This document shows positions 57,333-64,000 of a DNA stretch of 64,000 bases, one piece after another. Below the pieces are notes generated by a model. That model was not told the origin of the DNA, ran no database searches, and saw only the letters and a list, made by a program, of their open reading frames with translations. The position numbers and the translations under genes are program-made. The DNA comes from Candidatus Krumholzibacteriales bacterium (GTDB lineage Bacteria; Krumholzibacteriota; Krumholzibacteriia; Krumholzibacteriales; WJIX01): assembly GCA_046483305.1 (NCBI GenBank), contig JAWODM010000062.1, forward strand, positions 4,385 through 68,384. Reading direction: 5' to 3'. Numbering within the stretch: position 1 is the first letter of the stretch; each line of letters opens with the position of its first letter.

Positions 57333-58445
57333 TCAGGAAATAATTTCATCCAATTCCCGCAGAAATCTGGTATTTTCCCGCGGTGTGCCTATAGTTACTC
57401 TGATCGCTTCCGAGCCGAGCCCGAAGGGGCTCATGCCCCTGACTATCACTCCCCGCTCCAGCAGTTTACCAACAATGTCATCTACAATTCCCTCCGGAGG
57501 TATGGCCAGAATGAAATTGGTCTGCGATTCAGGCACGGTGAATCCATGATTTCTCAGCTCCTGCGTAACCCGTTGCAGCTGCTCGGTGTTTTCTCTGACC
57601 CTCTCGTCCAGTTTATGGGAGTATTTAAGAGCCACTCTGGCGGCCGCTTGAGCGATCCGGTTTACATTGAAAGGCTGCCTTACCATATGAAGGCAGGTGA
57701 CCAGATCGGGGTGTGATATTGAGTATCCGACTCTCAGTCCGGAGAGGGAATAAACCTTTGAGAATGTTCTCAGGATAACGATATTATCCATTTTTCTCAG
57801 GAGCTCAATTGTCTGCGGATAATCTTCCGCGGTAACGTATTCATAATAAGCTTCGTCGAATACTACCAGTATATCCCTGCGGATTCCTTCCATGAATTCT
57901 GCTACTTCCTCTGCCGTAACATAGGTCGCAGTAGGGTTATTGGGATTGCAGATGAATACCATCTTGGTTCTGCTGGTTATACTTTCCTTCATTTTCTTCA
58001 TATCCAGCCTGTAGTCCATGAGTGGTACCTTAACCTCTTTTACCCCGGCGAGATGAATGATCAGCGGATAAGCTATGAAACTGGGATATGGTATTATTAC
58101 TTCCTCGTCAGGATTCACGAACCCCCTGACCAGCAGGTCGATTATTTCATTGGATCCGTTTCCGACGAATATGCCGGAAGGGTCTGTTACAAGATGTTCC
58201 GCTATATCGTGAGAAAGGTAGTGGGACCCTGAATTGGGATAACGGTTGATCTCCCCGCTTTCCTTCTCGATAGCCTCGAGTATTTCAGGAAGAGGCTGGT
58301 AGGGGTTTTCGTTTGACGCAAGTTTGATGATCTCTCCCTTTATATTGAGTTCTCGTCTGACCTCTTCAATGGGCTTGCCCGGAATATAAGGGCTGATATC
58401 CTTCATATGGGGGCGCATTAAAGACTTAAAATCCATTTTCAGCAA
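57333..58445 (-). CDS. hisC: histidinol-phosphate aminotransferase (class II aminotransferase)
   Basis: PLP-lysine context FSKVYSLSGLRVGY, YPNSG motif, 370 aa. Confidence 0.75.
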   Translation of the reverse strand: MLKMDFKSLMRPHMKDISPYIPGKPIEEVRRELNIKGEIIKLASNENPYQPLPEILEAIEKESGEINRYPNSGSHYLSHDIAEHLVTDPSGIFVGNGSNEIIDLLVRGFVNPDEEVIIPYPSFIAYPLIIHLAGVKEVKVPLMDYRLDMKKMKESITSRTKMVFICNPNNPTATYVTAEEVAEFMEGIRRDILVVFDEAYYEYVTAEDYPQTIELLRKMDNIVILRTFSKVYSLSGLRVGYSISHPDLVTCLHMVRQPFNVNRIAQAAARVALKYSHKLDERVRENTEQLQRVTQELRNHGFTVPESQTNFILAIPPEGIVDDIVGKLLERGVIVRGMSPFGLGSEAIRVTIGTPRENTRFLRELDEIIS

Positions 58446-58451
58446 CTCCTT

Positions 58452-59192
58452 CTAAGCTAAACCGACCTTTTTCCTCAAATGTTTTTCTTCTTCATTCTTA
58501 AGCGGCCTTATCTGTCCTTTTTCCAGGTCATTGAATTTCAGACCCGCCACACTGCTTCTGTGAAGTTTAATAACGGAATGGCCTCTTGACAAGAACATCC
58601 TCTTTATCTGTCTCTTTTTCCCCTCTTTTATCCTTATTTCCACATCAGAATGCTTTTCGCCCGCCCTGATGACTCTTACACTGCAGGGGCTGGTTACGTA
58701 ACCTCCGATATCGACTCCAGCGGCCAGTTCAGCCGCCGTCTCTTCGGTCACCTTTCCATCAACCCTGGCAGTATAAGTCTTGTCCACATGATAGCGGGGA
58801 TGGATCAATCTGTTGGTCAGGGTCCCGTCGTTGGTGAGAAGCAGAATGCCGGTGGTGTCGATATCAAGTCTCCCTACCGGGTAGAGCCTCTGGCTGTAAC
58901 CGTTCTCCCTTGCGATATCAATGACGGTTTTCCTGCCCAGGTTGTCTGAAACTGAGCAGATCACTCCCGGCGGTTTGTTCATTACCAGGACTGTACGGTT
59001 TCTTATATACGCCACCGGTTTCCCGGATACGGTTACCCGGTCCTCCAGAGGGTTCACCTTGAAAGCAAGATCGGTAACCATCTCGTCGTTAACCCTTACC
59101 TTTCCATCCAGTACATATTTTTCGCATTTACGCCGCGAACCGAGACCGCTCCCCGAAAGGTAGCGGTTTATCCTTATCATCCGGTCACTCAT
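58452..59192 (-). CDS. rluB: rRNA pseudouridine synthase (RsuA/RluB family)
   Basis: N-terminal S4 domain (RINRYLSGSGLGSRR) and catalytic GRLDIDTTGILLLTNDG. Confidence 0.8.
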   Translation of the reverse strand: MSDRMIRINRYLSGSGLGSRRKCEKYVLDGKVRVNDEMVTDLAFKVNPLEDRVTVSGKPVAYIRNRTVLVMNKPPGVICSVSDNLGRKTVIDIARENGYSQRLYPVGRLDIDTTGILLLTNDGTLTNRLIHPRYHVDKTYTARVDGKVTEETAAELAAGVDIGGYVTSPCSVRVIRAGEKHSDVEIRIKEGKKRQIKRMFLSRGHSVIKLHRSSVAGLKFNDLEKGQIRPLKNEEEKHLRKKVGLA

Positions 59193-59847
59193 CGCCGCCT
59201 GTTATCTTCTCTTCAATCGTATTATCTTCTTCGCCGCCCGTCTCTTCACCGGGGTTGTTCTGTTCAATTCTGGATTCGAGCAGCCTGATTGCCTCCCCCT
59301 CGCTGGCAAACTGATCTATGGAGGGAAGGTCATTATAATTCTTCAATCCAAGATATTCCAGAAACTGACGGGTAGTAGAATAGAGAAAGGGCCTTCCTAT
59401 ACTGTCCCCCCTCCCCGATATCCTTATCAGGTCCCTCTCCAGCAGAGTGGAAAGCACTCCGCCGGAGTTCACACCGCGCACCGCCTCGATCTGCGCCCTG
59501 CTCACAGGCTGTTTGTAAGCTATTATGGCGAGGGTTTCCAGCGCCGCCCCGGACAGCCTGCTTTTTCTCCTGTTCTTAAAAAGAGATTTTATTATTTCAG
59601 AGTATTCTGGGTGGGTGATCAGCTGGTACCCTCCTGCAACTTCGGCTATTTTATAGCTCCTGTCCGTTTCGGAGTAGAAACCGGAAAGAGACTCCACAGC
59701 ATCCCTTACCTCTCTGTTTGACTGAGCGCCGGTCAGCTCCTTCATCCTGGCCGGTGTAAGAGGTATATCAGATGCGAAAAGAAGAGCTTCGACTTGCTTC
59801 TCCAGCATCCTTCCAGATCTGATATCTCCGTCGCTATCCATGTGCAT
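59185..59847 (-). CDS. scpB: segregation and condensation protein B
   Basis: VEALLFASDIPLT motif, winged-helix tandem, 220 aa. Overlaps scpA and rluB. Confidence 0.85.
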   Translation of the reverse strand: MHMDSDGDIRSGRMLEKQVEALLFASDIPLTPARMKELTGAQSNREVRDAVESLSGFYSETDRSYKIAEVAGGYQLITHPEYSEIIKSLFKNRRKSRLSGAALETLAIIAYKQPVSRAQIEAVRGVNSGGVLSTLLERDLIRISGRGDSIGRPFLYSTTRQFLEYLGLKNYNDLPSIDQFASEGEAIRLLESRIEQNNPGEETGGEEDNTIEEKITGGDE

Positions 59848-60565
59848 CCCCGCTCTTCTGTGGCGTTCTGTATATCCAAATATCCATATTCCCCTTCATC
59901 GGCTTCGCTATCAGGGTGCCATTACGCATTAATTCCAGGATTGCGATAAATGTTACTATCAGTTCCGCCCTGCTGTTTCCCCCCTCGAAGAGTTCGGTAA
60001 ATAGAATTTCCGAGTTTTCATCTATTCTGCGGCGTATCAATTCCAGTTTCTCTTCCACGGAGTACTGTTCCCCCAGAACCTTGTATGTTACTTCCTTCTT
60101 CAGGTCGCCGAGTATATTTCTGAAAGCGTCCATAAGATCAAATACCGAAAGATCCAGTGATTCTTCATCCTCGCGGTATTCAGGCAAACCTCCCTGAGAA
60201 GGCCTTCGGTACACCTTCAGCATATCTTCTTCCTTTTCGGCCAGATGTTCGGCAGCCTTCTTGAACTTTCTGTATTCAAGCAGGTTCCTGACCAGCTCAT
60301 CCCTGGGATCCTCTTCCTCTTCTTCTTCATCATCTCTTCTCGGCAGGAGCATCTTTGCTTTTATCCTCATCAGGGTAGCTGCCATAACAAAGAATTCTCC
60401 GGCTATATCCAGGTCCATCTCCTTCATAATATCTATATAGGCAAGGTATTCATGGGTAATATGCGAGATAGGTATGTCGTAAATATCGAGTTTGTCACGC
60501 CTTATCAGATGAAGAAGCAGATCCAGCGGGCCTTCGAAATGATCCAGTTTTACCAGGTAAACCAT
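59834..60565 (-). CDS. scpA: segregation and condensation protein A
   Basis: FEGPLDLLLHLIRRDKLDIYDIPIS N-terminal kleisin motif. Start placed at MVYLVKLD. Confidence 0.85.
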   Translation of the reverse strand: MVYLVKLDHFEGPLDLLLHLIRRDKLDIYDIPISHITHEYLAYIDIMKEMDLDIAGEFFVMAATLMRIKAKMLLPRRDDEEEEEEDPRDELVRNLLEYRKFKKAAEHLAEKEEDMLKVYRRPSQGGLPEYREDEESLDLSVFDLMDAFRNILGDLKKEVTYKVLGEQYSVEEKLELIRRRIDENSEILFTELFEGGNSRAELIVTFIAILELMRNGTLIAKPMKGNMDIWIYRTPQKSGDAHG

Positions 60566-60715
60566 CTGTGCTCCAGCCTGATGAATTAATACCGGCCACT
60601 CCTGCTCCCTGCCGGAGGCGCCATCCATGAAATCCTACTTCAACATTACGGCTATGTCAACTTAATACTTTTCAGGAAGTTCAATTGGGTGAAAAGAGAG
60701 TATTACCCCGGAATT

Positions 60716-61612
60716 TCATCCCCTTGGATGGAAGGTTCTGTGGACTTCCATCAGGTAGTTCATATCCAGTTTAGTGTATATCTGGGTGGTTGAAATACTG
60801 GAATGGCCCAGCAGTTCCTGGACAACTCTGAGGTCAGCCCCTCCCTCTATCAGATGGGTGGCAAAGGAATGCCTGAAGGTATGAGGGGTTACATCTCCGG
60901 GCAGTCCGGCTTCAGCCGCGTATTTCTTGATCATTTTCCATATACTGACTCTGGAGAGCCTTCCTCCCCGATAGTTCAGAAACAGGTAAGGAGTGGAGGC
61001 ATCACCCGCCAGCTCCGGCCTCGATTCAGCCTGGTAGACTTCCAGAGAATTCAGCGCTCTCTTCCCGAAGGGCACCAGTCTCTGTTTGTTCCCCTTTCCG
61101 GTAACACGGATAAGGGATTCCGCGAAATTGATCATTTCGAACTTCAGGTTACTCAGTTCTGAAACCCGCATCCCGGTAGAGTAGGCAAGTTCCATTATTG
61201 TCCTGTCCCGAATACCGGTGACCGAGTTATCGGGCCTTTCTATGATATCGCTTATTTCTCTCTGTGATAGGACAAACGGTATCTTCTGCCTTATTCTGGG
61301 AGACGAGATTTCCTGAATCTCCAGCTGGTCGGTCACGCCCTCCCTGTACAGGAAGCGATGGAACCCCTTGACGGCGCTGAGAATCCGTGATCTGGAAGAA
61401 GGCGACCTGTCTTTAAGGGCCTTCTCGATGAAAAGAATCATACCGCTGAGAGTAAAAAGCTTCTCTTCCGCTCCCAGCCTTCCCTCAAGGAACTTAAAGT
61501 ATAACTTCATGTCGCTCTGGTATGCATTAATGGTATGGTTACTCAGGCCCTTTTCTACTATGAGGTGATCTATGTATGCGTCAATTATTCTCTTCAGTTC
61601 TCTACTCTTCAT
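60716..61612 (-). CDS. xerD: site-specific tyrosine recombinase XerD/XerC
   Basis: C-terminal HTFRHSFATHLIEGGADLRVVQELLGHSSISTTQIYT with the catalytic Tyr. 298 aa, embedded in a housekeeping operon. Confidence 0.8.
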   Translation of the reverse strand: MKSRELKRIIDAYIDHLIVEKGLSNHTINAYQSDMKLYFKFLEGRLGAEEKLFTLSGMILFIEKALKDRSPSSRSRILSAVKGFHRFLYREGVTDQLEIQEISSPRIRQKIPFVLSQREISDIIERPDNSVTGIRDRTIMELAYSTGMRVSELSNLKFEMINFAESLIRVTGKGNKQRLVPFGKRALNSLEVYQAESRPELAGDASTPYLFLNYRGGRLSRVSIWKMIKKYAAEAGLPGDVTPHTFRHSFATHLIEGGADLRVVQELLGHSSISTTQIYTKLDMNYLMEVHRTFHPRG

Positions 61613-63422
61613 TGTTCCTGTCGAGCTCCTTCTTTATCCTTGAAGCGAGTTTCTTCCCAATGCCGGGAACAGACATAATCTCATCAACAGAACTTCTCTT
61701 CAGGTTTTCGATTGACCCGAATTCAATCAGGAGCAGTATCTTCCTTTCCTCCCCTATCCCCTCTATTGAATCCAGAATTGAGCGGGAAAGCTTACTGATT
61801 CTCAGTTTACGGTGGTAACTCACCGCGAATCTATGAGCTTCATCTCTCATTCGCCGGAGAAATTTGAGTGAATCGCTGGAGGCGGGTAGGGTAAGAGGCT
61901 TCTTTCTCCCCGGCAGGTAAATTAATTCGTTCTTCTTGGCCAGCCCCGCTACCGGCAGATTGAATATCTCTTTTTCCTCCAGTTTTTTCACAACGGAGCT
62001 GACCTGCCCCTTTCCGCCATCTATGAGAATGAAGTCCGGAGGGGGCATATCGGACAGATTTCTGAACCTCCTCCCGATAACCTCCGCCAGCATTGCAAAG
62101 TCATCGGGACCTTCAGACTTTCTTATTTTAAAATGACGGTATCCCGCCTTGTAAGGTTTACCGTATCTGAAGGTAACCATGGAGCCGACCGCCTCTGAAC
62201 CCTGTATATTGGAAATATCATAAGCCTCAGCTTTAATTGGAGTTGAAGGAAGCCGCAGCCTGCTCTTAACCCTCTCCAGCATTTCGATATCCTCGCTGAC
62301 CTCTCCAGCCTTCTCCAGAAGCTTTACAGCGGCGTTTCTTCTGACCAGCTCAACCATCCGTTTATTTCTGCCCCTTCCGGGTACCATTATTTTGACTCCG
62401 GCTCCCCTCTTGGCCCTGAGCCATTCTTCCAGTAATTTCCTTTCCGGGAGCTTTGCCTGAACGTAGATCTTCCCTGGGATATCCGTCGCAGAATGGTAGT
62501 AAAGCTTCAGGAATATTTCGGCTGCCTGGTTTATGGAATAATCCCTGTACGAAGGGAGAAAGAAAGTTTCTGAACTGAGAATCCTGCCCTCTCTGACTTT
62601 CATCAGAACGGCGCAGAAATTTCTGTCTTCCCGGGCTACTGCCGCTATATCTTCGTCAGAACCGCCCGGGTCGAAGGCGAGCTGCCTCTCCGAAATCTTC
62701 TCTAAAGACCTGATCTGATCCCTGACCACCGCCGCCTGTTCGTATTTTTTCTTTTCCGACAGGCTGTTCATCTTCTTCCGGAGATCGGATATTAATTTCC
62801 GGTTTCTTCCCTTAAGGAACATTCTGACTTCCCGGACAAGCTGGTCATATTGGTCCTTTTCTATTTTGCCGGTACAGGGAGCCGAGCATTTTCCAATCTG
62901 ATAGTAAAGGCATTCGCGCGAATCGTGCATATTGAATTTCCGCTGGCCGCATCTTCTGAGCTTGAAGATATCCCCTATCAAACTCATTGTTCTTCGTACC
63001 GCTCCGGCGTCGGTATATGGGCCGAAATATTCAGACCCGTCGTTCCTGACGTCACGAACGTACATTATTCTTGGATACTCATCATCGGCGGTCAGCTTTA
63101 TGTAAGGGTACTTCTGGCCGCCTTTCAGCTTGACATTGTAAGCGGGCCTGTTCTCCCTTATGAAATTGCATTCAAGGACCAGGGCTTCCACCTCATTCCT
63201 GGTGGTGACGTAGTCGATATCTCTGACTTTATCTGTCATCAGTTCTGTCTTCGGATCCTGGGAACCGGATGGGCGGAAATAACTGCCTACCCTCTTTCTG
63301 AGATTTTTAGCCTTACCCACATATATTATTTTACCCATGCGGTCCTTCATCAGGTAAACCCCCGGAAGGGCCGGTATCCGGCCGCTTTTTTCTATTAATG
63401 ACTTTTTATCTCTGCTTGACAA
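61602..63422 (-). CDS. uvrC: excinuclease ABC subunit C
   Basis: N-terminal GIY-YIG (GVYLMKDRMGKIIYVGKAKNLRKRVGSYF), UvrBC-interaction, RNase-H-like and HhH domains. 606 aa. Confidence 0.9.
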   Translation of the reverse strand: MSSRDKKSLIEKSGRIPALPGVYLMKDRMGKIIYVGKAKNLRKRVGSYFRPSGSQDPKTELMTDKVRDIDYVTTRNEVEALVLECNFIRENRPAYNVKLKGGQKYPYIKLTADDEYPRIMYVRDVRNDGSEYFGPYTDAGAVRRTMSLIGDIFKLRRCGQRKFNMHDSRECLYYQIGKCSAPCTGKIEKDQYDQLVREVRMFLKGRNRKLISDLRKKMNSLSEKKKYEQAAVVRDQIRSLEKISERQLAFDPGGSDEDIAAVAREDRNFCAVLMKVREGRILSSETFFLPSYRDYSINQAAEIFLKLYYHSATDIPGKIYVQAKLPERKLLEEWLRAKRGAGVKIMVPGRGRNKRMVELVRRNAAVKLLEKAGEVSEDIEMLERVKSRLRLPSTPIKAEAYDISNIQGSEAVGSMVTFRYGKPYKAGYRHFKIRKSEGPDDFAMLAEVIGRRFRNLSDMPPPDFILIDGGKGQVSSVVKKLEEKEIFNLPVAGLAKKNELIYLPGRKKPLTLPASSDSLKFLRRMRDEAHRFAVSYHRKLRISKLSRSILDSIEGIGEERKILLLIEFGSIENLKRSSVDEIMSVPGIGKKLASRIKKELDRNNEE

Positions 63423-63459
63423 GGGAGTTCCCTTCTATTATTATACCGCAACACTGGAG

Positions 63460-63726
63460 GTGTTGATAATGCCCGAACATAAATCGTGTTATAAAAGAAT
63501 GCGCCAGAATGAGTACAGGCGCCAGTTAAATAAATCTTTCAAAAGCCATGTTCGTAAAGCTCTTAAAGATTTCAGAGCGCTGGAAGACCCGTCTGAACGC
63601 AAAGAACGCCTGCCGCATCTTCTCTCTATTCTGGATAAGGCCGTGAAGAAAGGCATTTATCACAGGAATAAGAGCGCTCGCCTCAAATCAAGGCTTACCA
63701 GAAGCGTGGACCAGCCCCCTCTCTGA
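63460..63726 (+). CDS. rpsT: 30S ribosomal protein S20
   Basis: 88 aa, basic, N-terminal KSCYKRMRQNEYRR resembles the S20 KSAxKRxRQ motif. Confidence 0.65.
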   Translation: MLIMPEHKSCYKRMRQNEYRRQLNKSFKSHVRKALKDFRALEDPSERKERLPHLLSILDKAVKKGIYHRNKSARLKSRLTRSVDQPPL

Positions 63727-63764
63727 TTTCCGGTTTATTTTCGAACTCAGGGGTTTCAGAAGCT

Positions 63765-64000
63765 CTAACCGGAATAATACTCTTTTATTTTCCCGGCTGC
63801 TTCTGTTAAAGGCACCTCTCTGACTTCCATATCCCTGCGGTAGAGGATTTCTACTTTGCCGTCCTTGAGTTTGTTGCCAATTGTTATTCTAAGGGGAATA
63901 CCGATAAGTTCTGAGTCCTTGAATTTAACGCCCGGGCTCAAATCGCGGTCATCCGTCAGGAAGTCCATTCCCATTTCCCGCAGTTCGTCTTCCAGCTTCC
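63765..64000 (-). CDS. proS: proline--tRNA ligase, C-terminal anticodon-binding end (gene continues beyond window)
   Basis: C-terminal PGVKFKDSELIGIPLRITIGNKLKDGKVEILYRRD matches the class II aaRS (ProRS-type) anticodon-binding domain terminus. ORF open to the window edge. Confidence 0.5.
   Translation of the reverse strand, partial: KLEDELREMGMDFLTDDRDLSPGVKFKDSELIGIPLRITIGNKLKDGKVEILYRRDMEVREVPLTEAAGKIKEYYSG

Noticed and set aside
60716-61612. Tyrosine recombinase as a possible integrase of a mobile element near tRNAs
   Set aside because: It is embedded in a housekeeping operon (uvrC-xerD-scpAB) far from the tRNAs, with no flanking repeats. It was therefore called chromosomal XerD/XerC.
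62850-63398. 182-aa ORF antisense to uvrC
   Set aside because: Shadow ORF.

Overview
The 64-kb window is densely coded, mostly core housekeeping genes, and appears to come from a didermic (LPS-type) bacterium. Envelope genes include lptE-like, lapA, lapB, Wza, FG-GAP and SPOR proteins, and sigma-54 regulation is present. I cannot assign the lineage from sequence alone. Annotated blocks are as follows. (1) 1-10.9 kb: an exopolysaccharide export/assembly locus followed by a PAS/GAF histidine kinase and a sigma-54-dependent response regulator. It encodes an epimerase tail, a Wza-like exporter, a PCP chain-length determinant, a BY tyrosine kinase, two secreted hypotheticals and a small PglC-type phosphoglycosyl transferase. 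(2) 10.9-19.1 kb: lptE-like, holA, trxA, a Cys-less TusA-like ORF, leuS, a YfgM-like TPR membrane protein, and a large PDZ-7TM-GAF-PP2C sensor phosphatase. (3) 19.1-20.0 kb: an unusual 0.8-kb non-coding island. It holds a 17-codon hydrophobic ORF with a perfect Shine-Dalgarno sequence, a 13-bp perfect hairpin, and a consensus promoter/terminator pair bounding a candidate sRNA of about 165 nt. (4) 20-32 kb, minus strand: tRNA-Arg, apt, a sigma-70 family factor, an M23 peptidase, two tRNA-Pro isoacceptors bracketing a membrane protein, surE and a GT2 gene, MerR, gpsA, plsY, der, a PDZ/radical-SAM DUF512 protein, tRNA-Gly, miaA and mutL. (5) 32-45 kb: an FG-GAP protein, an ABC-2 transporter pair, a bactofilin-like/beta-barrel outer-membrane candidate, a divergent secreted-protein plus GT-C-like membrane pair, a DUF123-DUF523 fusion, a CN-hydrolase, a ThrC-like enzyme and a large GAF protein. 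(6) 45-64 kb, all minus strand: mutS, TPR-SPOR, lapB, lapA, miaB, mtaB, rpsA with a long acidic tail, ispH, a cmk-plsC fusion, hisC, rluB, scpB, scpA, xerD and uvrC. These are followed by rpsT (plus strand) and the 3' end of proS. No CRISPR array, prophage, integron, RT-based element or recognisable defence island was seen. The most novel-looking signals are the small ORF/hairpin/sRNA island, the domain fusions (DUF123-DUF523, Cmk-PlsC, PDZ-PP2C sensor), and the EPS locus wired to a sigma-54 two-component system.
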